A stretch of DNA of 64,000 nt from Eledone cirrhosa. Its lineage: Eukaryota. Below the pieces are notes generated by a model. It was not told the origin of the DNA, ran no database searches, and was given only the letters and a program-made list of their open reading frames with translations. Made by a program: the position numbers and the translations under genes. This document shows positions 40,787 to 54,370 of the stretch, piece by piece (positions within the stretch are counted from its first letter, which is position 1; each line of letters begins with the position of its first letter). The DNA lies in NCBI GenBank assembly GCA_964016885.1, contig OZ024748.1, positions 10,974,001 through 11,038,000 of the forward strand, written 5' to 3'.

Positions 40787-41264
40787 TTATCCTTCATCCT
40801 TTGAATCATAATGTTTTGAAGTTTCCACATACAGTGGCCATTTGTAGCTTATGAATTAAGGAGCTGCATTCTTTCTCCACAAATCCAAGTTCAATCATCC
40901 TTTGGTCCAGATGGGTTGGTATATATCTTGTGGCTTCAATAATAACAGACCTATCAACTCTCCCAATCCAACGGGGAGATCTCCCACCCTCTTTGGAGTG
41001 GGTGAGAGATGTCTTCTCTTGTGAAAATTGGTGTAGCTTTTGTTATCTAAAATCTACTCGTTTTGGGGCACTTTTTTTCACGGTACTCCTCGTCTGGGTT
41101 TTATAGAGTTTGGCAGGTCTAATAAGGATAATGATATGTATAAAACTGAACACGTATCTTGGGTAGTGGATCTGCAAACTCCTCATCAAAGGTCTGTAGA
41201 CATCCTCCTCCTCTTTTAGTTTTCTTCCTACACAGACATCAAGTGGGCAGCTGACTTCTACAAC
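40787..41264 (-). mobile_element. Remnant of a restriction-like-endonuclease (R2/R4/NeSL-type) non-LTR element, interrupted
   Basis: VVEVSCPLDVCVGRKLKEEEDVYRPLMRSLQIHYPRYVFSFIHIII and downstream LDQRMIELGFVEKECSSLIHKLQMATVCG resemble RLE C-termini. Confidence 0.5.
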
Positions 41265-41330
41265 CCTGTATGTTATTAATGTGTGGTCTCAAACAATATC
41301 ATGTTTGTGATTATTATTATATCTAATTGT

Positions 41331-41516
41331 GGAGCGGTGGATTGGCAGTATCGGTAGAGGGTCTGACGCCATGCTTTCCGGCATAATTACGTCCCTTTAC
41401 GGTCTGAGTTCAAATCCCACCGAGGTCGACTTTGCCTTTCATCCTTACGGGGTCGATAAAATAAAGTACCAGTAATGCACTGGGTAATTGCTGGCCTTGT
41501 GCCTAAAGTAGAAACA
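41331..41516 (+). mobile_element. SINE family A, full-length with TSD attattatatctaattgt
   Basis: Reverse complement of 29622-29810; flanking direct repeat. Confidence 0.88.
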
Positions 41517-43508
41517 ATTATTATATCTAATTGTTATATCTCATTGTCTTTATTTCTTACATATATTTATTCATGGGAAATTTGATGTAATAGTTTTATC
41601 TACATGTTGTAATATGTTTTACATGTGATAATACTACTTTTGTTTTACATGTTTTAGTGTGTCTTATGTGGGAATATAAAAAAAAAACCCATGAAAGCTT
41701 TTTTTTTTTTTATATATTTTATTGTTCTTCTTTCTGAAAGATAAAGCAAAGACTTTTTTCATTTTGAATAATAAAATTTTTTAAATTATAAAAATAAAAG
41801 ATCAAATGAATTTGTTATTATTTAAGACAGAATGTTGATAGAAACTGTAAATCGTCAGAATAAAATGGTAGTATGTTGGTAGAGTTGTTAGAGTTCTTTG
41901 TTGTTATTTGTTATGGTGTCATGTCCTCTGAGTTCTACTAATCCTTTTGTGGAGATCAACTTTGACTTTCATCCATTTGAGGATCGATTAAATGAAGTTA
42001 ATCAGTAGAAAGTTGTTGATTGGTAGAATTATTGATAAATATCAAGAACACTCTCCACCCATCGATTACGTGTGCTATCAATTAAACTTAGCTCCGAATA
42101 TTTCCACGGAAAACGGAGGGGTAGAGGACCCTCTGCTCTCTCGGAATTTTTCAAACCATTTTTTCCTCGTTTTTTTTTTTTTGTGCTACAAACTAATCTT
42201 AATTCCAAACATGCTGCAAAGGACTTTCCCTCCGTTAAACTGAGCAGTCACGGGAGGAACCTTGGATCTGCCCCACCCTTCACGCGGTTTTCTTTACCCC
42301 CTAACCCTAAAAAAGAAAATACTTATCGAAATTTACTGAAAAAATCAGATATCTTTTAGGTTGATTTCATCGTTGGCCATTTTATATACCCATATCGAAA
42401 GATCTCTATTTTTCAGAAATTAAGGTAAAGATAAACTGCAATTTTCTTTACTCACTAACTCTAAAAAAGATAAACTTGTCAGAATTTACTGAAAAATCAG
42501 ATATCTTTTAGTTTTGATTTTATCGTTGGCCATTTTATATACCCATATCGAAAAATCTTTATTTTTCTTAGATCAATGTTGAAATAAACTTCAGTTTCAA
42601 TTGTGACGCCATCTAATTTGAATTATGTTGCTATTTCTCTATAAGCGGAGGAGCATAAACTTCACAACCTCCCTTTTCATTGTCCAATAATATATAAAGC
42701 CTTGTTCCTTGTTAAAAATATCTACATATCTATCTATCGATCGAACTATCTATCACATTTCGTTACATATTTTATTAACGCGATCAATAAAAACTATCCT
42801 ATCCTCACTTAATTACTTACACAAATACAAAATTACCACACACGCAAGATATCAGAGAGAACGAGGGATTAATATATATCTATATATATATATGAAGTAG
42901 AAATATAAAAATATCTATATAAAATATAGACGAGTTACACATATATACACATATGTAGCATCGTTGACTGAGATATCGATTGAAGAAAATGAAAATATCT
43001 CGACCGATTTACCGGCTTCCTTTCGCAAGCTCGGCTCATATACGTACTAACACGAGCCGACAAGAAAACCATGACCTTAACCCTAACCCAAACGTGTATA
43101 TATACGCAATGAATCCGGAGAATCGAACAAAGTATATATGACTTCTACTAATATATTGAGTACTCTATTTAACTGGTTTTCTTCCGCTCTCCTTCAGAAA
43201 CACCATTCTTAATTATATATATAATATATATATATACTAGCAGAATGACCCGGCGTTGCTCGGGATTTGCTCTAGGGTTCTTATATATTTAATATATATT
43301 TATCCTTATCGAGCCTCGTGAAATAAATACGTTTGTTTATATTTTGTTATTGTGTATGCAAAAATATCTGTACACGAATATATATATATACTCTTCACAA
43401 TATTACACCAGGATTGACCATACGGAATGACCAGTTCTATCCAGTGGTGAACCAACAAACCTTAATATATATATATATATCTGATATTAAATAAATGGAA
43501 ACTATATT

Positions 43509-43569
43509 TATTCTATTATATATATTTCAAGGGTACCAACATTTTGGTGCGCTATCATCAGATAAAATA
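43509..43569 (-). ncRNA. Minimal hammerhead ribozyme motif, left arm of palindrome
   Basis: Minus strand TATTTTAT-CTGATGA-tagcgcacca...tggtaccctt-GAAA-TATATA-TA-ATAGAATA. Confidence 0.6.
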
Positions 43570-43711
43570 CAAAATGTTTTATAAATATTTGACATGACCA
43601 AGGATGATATACCTTAACGGTTCAAGTTGTCCCTGGAAAGTTATCCAGGGATAACTTGAACCGTTAAGGTATATCATCCTTGGTCATGTCAAATATTTAT
43701 AAAACATTTTG

Positions 43712-43773
43712 TATTTTATCTGATGATAGCGTACCAACATTTTTGGTACCCTTGAAATATATATAATAGAATA
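43712..43773 (+). ncRNA. Minimal hammerhead ribozyme motif, right arm of palindrome
   Basis: TATTTTAT-CTGATGA-tagcGTACCA-acatttt-TGGTACcctt-GAAA-TATATA-TA-ATAGAATA; U-U mismatch at the base of stem II. Confidence 0.62.
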
Positions 43774-44594
43774 AATATGGTTTTATAAATATAGTTTCCA
43801 TTTCTTTTATATCAATTGAATACTTACTCCAGAAATATGTCGAGTGCTTTGAATCAGTTGTAAACATCTATATTTGTTGGATTTCCAATAAATTAAATAT
43901 CTCACACACACACACACATATATATAAATATATATAAAACAGTACAGAGAAGTACGGAATACCACGGCCTCAGGATGGTGTCTACATTTTGTGCTTATAA
44001 AAAGAATTCGTCATAGATTACCAGGGGTTTTTTTCCGTGCGAAGAAAATCAATACTTTATCGCGAAATAAATACTTTTGTTTATATTTTGTTATTGCGTA
44101 TGCAAAAATATCTGTACACGAATATATAATTATATATATATATATATTAAAATAACAGATTAAAGTTTAAGCAAAGAATCGCTTGCTTTCACCCTTAACG
44201 GGATCTTCTGAAACAAAAAAAATCAATCTGTGAACGCAGAAGTAAATATTTCGAAAAACGTTACACACTATATATATACGCACACTATTTATATACATAT
44301 ATATATACACACACACAGCTACGTCATAATGTGGTAATGCAGACAGCAAGACATACAGACAGATATTATAAGGGTGCGACGTTATATCTATGTATCTATC
44401 TAAAAAGAGAAAGACTAAGAGTTATAGAGAGAGATCGCTAAATCGCCTAATGCGGTCCATAGGGCATTGAGAATTTGAAATTTCTTTTGCTCAAAACACT
44501 CACAAGACCATAAGTATTACGTATAAAGTTTGAAAACAATCGGTTGGGTGGTTCTCGAGTTTTAGTGATCGGACAGACAGACAGACATTCTCTG

Positions 44595-44633
<39 letters not shown>

Positions 44634-44746
44634 AAATATTTTTAAGCTTGTTGTATCCTAACAAATTAAATATAACCTCTGCATATATATACTGCCATGA
44701 CTAAATTATAACCATCTACATAGTCAAGGTATGTCAGGCATCAACT

Positions 44747-44812
44747 TATTTTATCTGATGAGGACGTACTGATGAAATAGCTCAGTACCTCTGAAATATG
44801 TATAATAAAATA
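44747..44812 (+). ncRNA. Minimal type I hammerhead ribozyme motif
   Basis: TATTTTAT-CTGATGA-GGAcGTACTGA-loop-TCAGTACcTCT-GAAA-TATGTA-TA-ATAAAATA; 8-bp perfect stem I. Confidence 0.72.
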
Positions 44813-44916
44813 TATTTGATCACATGAATGTCTATATTTATTAATATTTTGAATATATATATATATATATAGTGACGAAACATAAGTCAATTGCATGAAC
44901 TCATAATCCTTTATTT

Positions 44917-44972
44917 ACTGCTATATATATTTCGATGATAGCCATTGAATGGCTATGATCTCATCAGGCAGT
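44917..44972 (-). ncRNA. Minimal type I hammerhead ribozyme motif
   Basis: Minus strand ACTGC-CTGATGA-GATcATAGCCAT-tca-ATGGCTATcATC-GAAA-TATATA-TA-GCAGT; G-C closing pair, complete core. Confidence 0.75.
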
Positions 44973-47900
44973 TAGTCAGTTCTTAGATATGCAGGCTCTG
45001 TGTTTATGGTGTTGATGGTATCAGAGCCTTGGGACATATCTTTATATATATATCATACATTGAGTTAGAAACTCAAAATAGTCTTTTACGATTAAATAGC
45101 TCCGAGAAAGAAATTTTTCCGAGCCGTGCAATATAATTGAATATATAAGAGAGATAAAAACAGATATAAGTATACATGTGTTCCAATTGCAAAGGACCAA
45201 GTTAACTAGGTTGAAAAAATAGTTAATAGTTAGTTCAACCTAGTTAACTTGGTCCTTTGCAATTGGAACACATGTATACTTATATCTATGTTTATGTCTC
45301 TCATATATTCAATTATATATATATATGTATTATACACATTACAAATATCCTATATATATAATAATTGTTTCTTATTTCGGCACAAGGCCAGCAAATACCT
45401 AGTGCATTACTGGTACTTTATTTTATCGACTCCGTAAGGATGAAAGGCAAAGTTAACCTCGACGGGATTTGAACTCAGAATGGCAAGGGCCGTTGGTTTC
45501 TGATTCAGCCACAAAGCAATTTTGGAGAGGGGAAAGTCGATTAAATCGACTCCAGTACGTTACTAGTGCTTTATTTTATCGACCCGGTAAGGATGAAAGG
45601 CATCGAAGTTGTAGCCGCAATATAGCAGATACTAATCGAATTGTTTAAAGCAGCCACAAAGCACTCAATGGTGCGAAAATTTAATACATTTTCGTCCAAA
45701 AGGAACACCAAGTTAAGAAATCGTGACACCAAGAAAAGCGACCAAATGCATATGTCCATACTTACAACACACACACACACACACAGATATATATACACCT
45801 ATATATATACACATATATATATATATATATATATATAAGTATGGATATATATAAAAGCAACCTCTTTCCTCATCACAACTCTACTTCGGTCATAAGGTTT
45901 AATTCAAGATACGGAAGTTCTATTGAACAACGATGTGTATGTGTGAGTGTTTGTGTGAATGTGGGTTATAATGTGTGTGTGATGGAGAGAGAAGGAAAAG
46001 GGAGCGTCTGGCAATCAGCTGGAATACATCTGAATTAGACCGACAGATATAACAATGGCTATTATATAGTGGCAGGTTAGGGGGTATAACAACAGTGATA
46101 TTTAAATTTAATCAACAGAATGCGGAGGTCCTGGTGACAGTTGACGTCAGTAAGAGACACACGCGAGCAGGGCCTCCGTCGGTTCCAACGACGAGTGCTC
46201 CAGTTAATTTAATCAACGGAATTAACTACCTGCTCGTGAAATTAACGCCATATTATTGAGGGCGGTGAATTGGCAGTAATCGGTAGAGCGTTGGACACCA
46301 TGCTTAGCGGCATATAGTTACGTCCCTTTACGTTCTGGGTTCAAATCCCGCCGAGTTTAACTTTTCTTTTCATCCTTACGGGGCCGACAAAATAAAGTAC
46401 CAGTAATGTACTCATCGATTTAATCGACTTTCCTCTTCCCTCCAAAAATGTTGGCTTTGTGCCTAAATCAGAAACCATTATTGGCGTTAATCGAGGTTGG
46501 TTGATTGGCAGAAGTATTTTGCAGTATTTATTCTGACTCTTCAATGTTCTGAGTTCAAATCCCACCAAGGTCAGCTTTGTCTCTTATCCTTCTGTTCTAA
46601 GCCGAAGTTTATCATCAGGCTTGTGCTTATCCCCAGTTACCTTGGTGTTAAGCAACCGAGAGTATAAAACTCTCCCTGGACAGGACGCCAGTCTAACACG
46701 GGTTTAACTCCCCAGTTATTGCTGGTACTCATCTCAGCTGAGCATACTGGAGCAATGGGAATTAAAGTGTTTTACTAAAGAACACTGTACTGGAGCAATG
46801 GGAAATAAAGTGTTTTGCTCTAGTCCAAGAATCGAACCGATGACATTACGATCATATGTCAAACATCCTAACTCTTTGGCTACAGTGTGTTGCTCTACCC
46901 GGAGGCCTATAATGATTTTAAGACAGCCCTGTATTTAATGTTTCACCAAAAGTTCAAGCGCTGAAATTCACAAAATTATCGTTTACTCGTTATAAAAAAA
47001 ACCGTTACATACGCCTACAACCTGATGACAAAATTGTGGAAGTCTAGAACCTTGATGATGGGTTTTAGCAACTTTATTGTTCCAAACGAACTGTAAGGGA
47101 TCGACGAAAAGGAAAATGGAAGAACAAAATTAATAAAAAAGATAAATTAGATAGACCATAGTCAAGTATTTAATGAGTGTGTGATTAAGGAGTTCGTTTG
47201 AAAACCACGTGGTTGTGGATTTAGGACAACACATAGCATATGAACAAATGCTTTCTTCTTCTAAGGTAGATCAATGCCCTGTAAAAAGAAATTTGGTAAA
47301 CGGAAACTGTGGAAGCCCGTCGTATATATATGAACACATATACAAAGTGTTAAAACGATCAAATTTTAGTTTAGAACATTTATTAGCTGACAATTGTTTC
47401 TTCCAGAGGGAAGTTTGGAATCATCGGAGCATAAGGAATGTCGAAAACGTGTAACTAGAATCCTAGTCATTTAGAACATTTAGGGTATATAGTTGTTATT
47501 AGTGTCAAATGCATCATGTGGAGATTCAAGAGTTAAAAAGATGTTCCGCTTGAAATAACACAATTACAGGCAGCACTGGTTGGAAGTGTAATAGGTATAA
47601 GTAAAAGTAAAAATCACAAGCAAAGAAAACAAAACATATATATATATAAAATAATAGTTATAATAAAAAGGACGATTTGTTAGGTCTTCATTTCGTTTAT
47701 TGAGTAGTGACGCGCGTTTCGCTATTGATCAACTCAAGCTTCTATCTGTATCGATCTAGCCCGACTCTGGAATCAAAAGCTAGTCGGCCCTCTGCTGTGG
47801 TAATGACAGTAACTGGACGTTACATCCCCTAGATTATATATATAGCAAATGTAAAACTATATATCCAATACTCGAAAGAAACATGTGTAAGGAAATAAAT

Positions 47901-49072
47901 ATGGTTTAAAAGATAAAAGATAATTTTTCCATTTATTCAATCAGATACACCTTCCAGAGGGCTCTACCAGAAACAACTGCCTTCAAACGATCTAGTTGAA
48001 TCCCCAGGCTAGACCAAACGAACTTATGGATGCTATCAAATCATCTTGCTCGTGGTCTACCTCTGGGTCTCTACCGAGTTACTTAGCCCGTAAAAATTGC
48101 TGGGGTTGGTACAATAATTGTTTCTATTTTAGGCACAAGGCCATCAATTTGAAGGCCTTGTGAAAGTCGATTAAATTGACCCCAGTGCGTGACTAGTACT
48201 TTATTTTATCGACCACGTAAGGATGAAAGGCAAAGCTGCACCAGCTTCCGCACTCGGTTATCAGAAGAAGAGCGGCAGACGTAAAAGCCAAACTCGCTAT
48301 CCTTAATTCTGTATTCGTGCCTACTGGCCGAAATGAGGGCCTTCAGAAGGGTCTTTGAAATAACGTTACACAATAGTGTGTAGCTTGAATATCAGTATCC
48401 ACAAGAAGGCTTGCCGAGGTTAAGCCGAAACCGCCTGAGCTCCCGGTCGGACTCCACCTCATTATCTCTCTCTCTCTCTCTCTCTCTCTCCCTCTCTCTC
48501 TCTCTATATATATATATATACTTATGTGTGTGTATATGAGAGAGAGAGAGAGAGAGAAAGAAAGAGAAGGGGAGAGAGATACAATTCCGGGCCGAATGGA
48601 TCTAAGCAGGCTAATTGCTTTATACCGTACGACACAGCAAACACAGACATAAGACAAATTATTTTGATTATTAATATTAATTTTAATTAATTCTAATTAT
48701 TCTTAATTATTATAATCATTACGACTGCTAATTATACTGATTAAGCGACAAAAAATCGGTTTCGGTGATAAATAAGGGGTTATATCTTCAGGCAGACAGT
48801 GTAACACACACACACACACACATATATATAATGTGTGTAGAAACACATTTATATGAATTATAGATATAAAGAGATATAGATGTTTCTAATGAATATTATA
48901 TATATATATATATATATATATGTTTATAAGCAAAGAGATATTTAATTTGTTGGTAATTCAACAAATTTATATATATATATACACGTGTGAGTGTGTGTGT
49001 ATTTAATTAAATTAAATCGTGCAATAATACTTACACACACACTATATATATAAAATCAAATTAAATCTACAA

Positions 49073-49116
<44 letters not shown>

Positions 49117-52100
49117 TATATCATGAACTGTAATATCAAAATAGTGCTCGATATACTGTTATAGAGATATAAAGCTAATTTAATTGAGTAGATATTGCTA
49201 CTAAATTTCTCTCCCTATATATTGTCAAACCAAGGATTTCGAGTTTGAATTTATATATATATTATCTTTATATTTGTTATTATTTTAGCTTATGTTATTT
49301 TACATATATTTAAAAATAATATTTTTGTATTTTTATGAGAAATAACAAATTTTATTGATAGACACACAAACGCACAAAGAAATCTTAACAAGACAGGAAA
49401 GCGTAAATAACCGGAAACGAACGGAAGAAAACGGAATGCAACGAAGAGAAACGAATACGATCGACGACCTCCATGTTTTGTTGTTGATGCCAATGTGTTT
49501 GTTGTTTGTTGTCCAACGTCTCTTTGCTACAACAACAACAACACCAAGCAGTGGAGTACCACAATCACCGATAGCACGCAGGCTTTCTTTTTTTTTATAA
49601 GTTAATTTAATTTTTTTTGGCACCACACACCCAAACACAACTTTGATGCCACCAAAACAATATTAAGGAAGATCATAACGTGAAGAGTGAAGAACAGCTA
49701 GCTGCACTCTGGTAAACAGTGACAATAGAAATAGTAGTAATAGTAGTTGTATTGGTGCTAGTAGTGGTAGTATTATTACTACTAATATTAAATATTAATT
49801 ATAACAACATTGATGGCATCATCATAACTATCGATAGCAGCAATAACAACAATAACAGCAATAACAACAACATCGCAAGCAGATCTCACTCACAACTATC
49901 ACCGCCGCTACCACCACCATTAACATTTCATCATTCTACCAAACTTTGTCCATGGAAGCTTGTTGTTATTCTTACTATCCCTACAACACATCACCACCTC
50001 TTTTCCCCCTTTATCATCATCATCTACAACAGCACCATCGCCACCCTCATTACTTCAACTATCAACATCATCAACATCAACAACAGCAGTCGGTAAGTCG
50101 CTTTGACATCTTTAAAAGACTAACAACTTTTTTTGTGGGGGAGGGAAACGGTCTTGGAGGATGTTTATTATTTTTACTAATTAAAAAAAGAATTTAGATT
50201 TTTTTTCTGTTTTATTTCATTTATCAATAGGATAATCTTTTTTATTATTACTATTTTTTTTTCCATTGTTTATTTCGATGTTTTCTTTAATATGATAAGA
50301 GAAGGGGGAAAGAGGATAATTTGTTTTGTTTGATCAATTATTATTATCATTATTATTGCTATTTTCTGAGTTCAAATCCCGCCAAGGTCGATTGAGTTAG
50401 TAAGAATCAAGTACCGGAGTGGGGGGAGGGGTCGATCTAAGAGATTGTTCCCCTTCCACTAAGATATATATGGGCCTTGTTTCCCTTAAAAACTGGACGG
50501 TTTGGCAGCCCCCGTCCCCTAAAATGTGGCCCTTGTACACCTTAAAGACTGGACGGCTTCGCAGGAAGAGGCAGGCCAGGTCGAAGCCTAAATATTCTGA
50601 GTTCAAATCCTATAGGATATGATTCTGCTTTTCATTCCCCTTCTGGAGGATAGATCGAACTAAGTATTAGTTCTCCATCGATTTAGTTTTAGTTGTCGAA
50701 TAATACACCACCACAATCACTATAAAATTGATATTGTGTCTGACTAAAGAAATAATTACCGTTGTTGAAAAATATATAATTTTATTTCCTTGCGTAAATT
50801 TCATTAATGACATATATTTATATATATAATGTAAAAAGAAAAAAAAACTAAAATTAGAATCTTGTCTCTTACACCCTGGAATATAATTTTTAAAAACTAT
50901 AATCTTAATCAATTAAATTTAGCTCAGCCAACAATAAAAAGGGGCTATTTTATTTATTCATATATGTGTGTTTTTTCTCTGTCGATCTCATAATTCTTTG
51001 AGGACTTACGAATAGGAAGCCAATAATAAAAATATATTCTATGTATATGTGTATATTGTTTAACTTTTATATGTATATATATATATACACGCGCAGACAT
51101 AAACATGTATGTTAGTTGGTGTATCTTGTATTAATAAGTATATGCGCGTGAATCTGCCTCTCTCTCTCTATATATATATATATATGTGTGTTCTTGTGTA
51201 TATGTATACATATGTGTATATATGTGTTCTTGTGTAGATGTATACATATGTTCTTGTGTATGTATATTTATATATATGTGTGTTCTTGTGTATGTCTGTC
51301 TATACATATATATAGATGATTTTGTGTGCCTGTGTTTTTTTTTAATATGTAGAACGATGTGGCTTATCTTTATATCTATATTTATAAGCATCCATGTCAC
51401 TATTTATGTATGTACGAGAGTGTGTCAGTGTCTATATTTATATGTATCTATGTGTCCATCTCTCTCTCTCCCTCCCCCCTCTCTGTACATGCACGAGTCA
51501 GTGTGTGTCCATGTCTATCTAGGTATGTGAACACAGGATGGTCGAACGGTTAGAAAGTTCGATCTCTCTGCTTGGCATCTTGGGGCCAGTGTCGCCATGA
51601 ATCAACAAAGGTCTTGTGAGTGAAATTGCGGGTAGACGGAAGACTTTGGAAGCACGTCGGACAGTCGTGTCACACTGTAATGCTGAATCTCCCTGAGAAT
51701 TACGTTTACAGTATACACACCTGTTTGTGGAATGCTCAGCCACTTAACTCGCTAATTTCATGAGTAGGCTGTTCCATTGATCGAACAATCGGAGCACTCA
51801 TCGTCACAACCGACGGAAGTCCAATCCATGTGTATGTGTGTACGTCAATGTCCCTTATCTGTATATGTATGAGCATGTGTGTCGATGTATGTAGATCTGT
51901 GCGTGTGCCCATGTATATGTATGTCGATGTCTCTCTGTATGTTTTTATGACGTCTGTACATTTCTGTATGTGTGTATATTGCGTGTTTATGTCTCTTTCT
52001 CTCTCTATATGCATGTGTATATATATCGTTTCCTTGTACTATATATATATATATATACATACATATACACACACATGACGCTGACTCTCTACATCTATAT

Positions 52101-53015
52101 ATGTGTTTATGATTGCGTATACATATATTTATATACATATATGATACCGACTCTCTGCATGTGTTTTCGAACAAAAATAACGAGGCATCAGTTACTTTAA
52201 AGGTATATTTTAATCAATGAAATAATTTACTTTTTCAATATACTAACATTCTTCGAGTTTTCTCCTCTATAATTTCTGTCATGTGTACTGTGTTTGTATT
52301 TTGCTATCAGTCTTCCCTGTGTGTTTGTTTTTTCCTGATCATGTTCCCCTCTCGTCCTGTAAATTAGGTTTGTTTCTGGTGTGACTGACTGAGGAAAACA
52401 TTTTAAGGAAAATGCTTTATTAGATTAATTATCTCTCACTCTTATATACACGTAAACACAAATATACATACATGTATGCGTATATTTTTGTGGGGTGTTG
52501 TTTATTTTAAAATTCGACACAGTAATAATAATAATAGTTTCGGATTTAGGCACAAAACTAGCAATTTGGGAAAGGAAAGTCAATTCAATCGACCCCAGTG
52601 CGTTACTCTTACTTTATTTTATCGATCCCTGAGGGATGAAAGGCAGAGCTAACCTCGGCAGAATAATTCGGCTTTGATGTTTATTTCTGACTGTAAAGTA
52701 AATGATACCCATGTAAATATATATACATTATATATGTCCTCAAGTCCTCGAATAATGATTTCTCTCAACCTTAAGGATAAAATGCAAAGTTGTCCTATTA
52801 GAACACGGAACGAATAGAACCAGAATTAATATCCCGCAAAAGGTTTTGCTCGTTGCTCTAACGATTCTGCTAATCACTCTATGATAATTACGGGGTCGAT
52901 AAAATAAAGTACCAGTAATGTACTGGGTAATTGCTGGCCTTGTGCCAAAAGTAGAAACAATTATATATATATTTATATATATATATATTTATATATATAT
53001 ATATATATATATACA

Positions 53016-53212
53016 CGAGGGTGGGCTGAAAAGTTCATAGACTGATTATGAAGGAGTGATGCGAGAGCTGTGAAATCTTGCATGCATCAGTTTCAACTCT
53101 TCGTGTTAATCACTGCATTGTTCCTTTCCAGGAGCGCTATTGAAAATAAACCCCACTTGGTCATTCCATGAAAGTATCTTGGTCAGCCTAGGAACTTTTC
53201 AGCCGACCCTCG
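53016..53212. mobile_element. Mariner-type MITE
   Basis: TIR CGAGGGTGGGCTGAAAAGTTC / GAACTTTTCAGCCGACCCTCG, inserted in TA-rich sequence. Confidence 0.8.
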
Positions 53213-53249
53213 TATATAAAATGCTTTCTGCTTTAGACATAAGGCCAAA

Positions 53250-53303
<54 letters not shown>

Positions 53304-53556
53304 CATATCTCATAATGTATGTTTATGAATAATGTATGTACTGAAATTTCTATGTATAGATGGTGTATATATCATATTTTATAAAAATGATGTATATAAT
53401 TTTATATAAATATATTAAAGGAATATTTATTCCTTCAAACATATATATATAGAGGGTGTCCCCCAAAAATGTATACACGCTTCAATATCATTCTAATAAA
53501 AGTGTGTATGCATTTTTGGGGGACACCCTGTATATTTTATATAAATGTATATCACC

Positions 53557-53756
53557 NNNNNNNNNNNNNNNNNNNNNNNNNNNNNNNNNNNNNNNNNNNN
53601 NNNNNNNNNNNNNNNNNNNNNNNNNNNNNNNNNNNNNNNNNNNNNNNNNNNNNNNNNNNNNNNNNNNNNNNNNNNNNNNNNNNNNNNNNNNNNNNNNNNN
53701 NNNNNNNNNNNNNNNNNNNNNNNNNNNNNNNNNNNNNNNNNNNNNNNNNNNNNNNN
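53557..53756. other. Assembly gap (200 N)
   Basis: Run of n characters; contiguity across it is not guaranteed. Confidence 0.99.
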
Positions 53757-54324
53757 CCAGATCAACTCTGATCGAAACAAACCTCTGATCAAAAAGGGTT
53801 TCAGCTTTAATCGACCCTTATTTTTTTGAATATATGGATAACTTGTTCTTCTCTTTTGTGTGTTGGTGGATATTTGACTGCTATTTCTAACAGGTCGCGC
53901 GTAATCATGTAGATGATCGCATTTTTGTTGAAAAACAATTTCATTTCATATTTTTTTTAAAATGTCACTAATGTTTTCTTTTTTACAAAGTAATAAACGT
54001 GACATAATTCTATTCTCTGATTCTCGTTCTCTCAGCCACTCCTAATTTTAAATTGAAAACATCAGGATTATTGGCGCTCTGGCGCCAAAGTTAATTTGGT
54101 TACGTTCCAAATAGTAGTCGAATCTCTCTCAAATCATACTCAACCATCTATATATATGTATATGTATATGTATGTATATGTATATATATATATGTATATG
54201 TATATATATATATATGTATATATATAGGGTGTCCCCCAAAATGTATACACACTGATTACCTGTACAGGCAATATTTATTAGAATGCACTGCCTTTGCGTA
54301 TACATTTTTGGGACACCTTGTATG

Positions 54325-54370
<46 letters not shown>

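Larger units (their letters stand above)
43236..44597 (+). mobile_element. Helitron/Helentron-like non-autonomous element (Lep1/HINE-like) with nested insertions
   Basis: 5' ACTAGCAGAATGACCCGGCGTTGCTCGGG hairpin; 3' AAAGTTTGAAAACAATCGG...(GACA)n; internal ~65 bp direct duplication (43317-43385 / 44061-44128). Confidence 0.55.

Noticed and set aside
48750-48800. Minus-strand CTGAAGA...GAAAC hammerhead-like words (similar weak hits at about 11458, 26195 and 58620)
   Set aside because: Stems I and III cannot be formed; likely chance matches.
53456-53829. ORFs containing X runs
   Set aside because: Artefacts of the 200-N gap.
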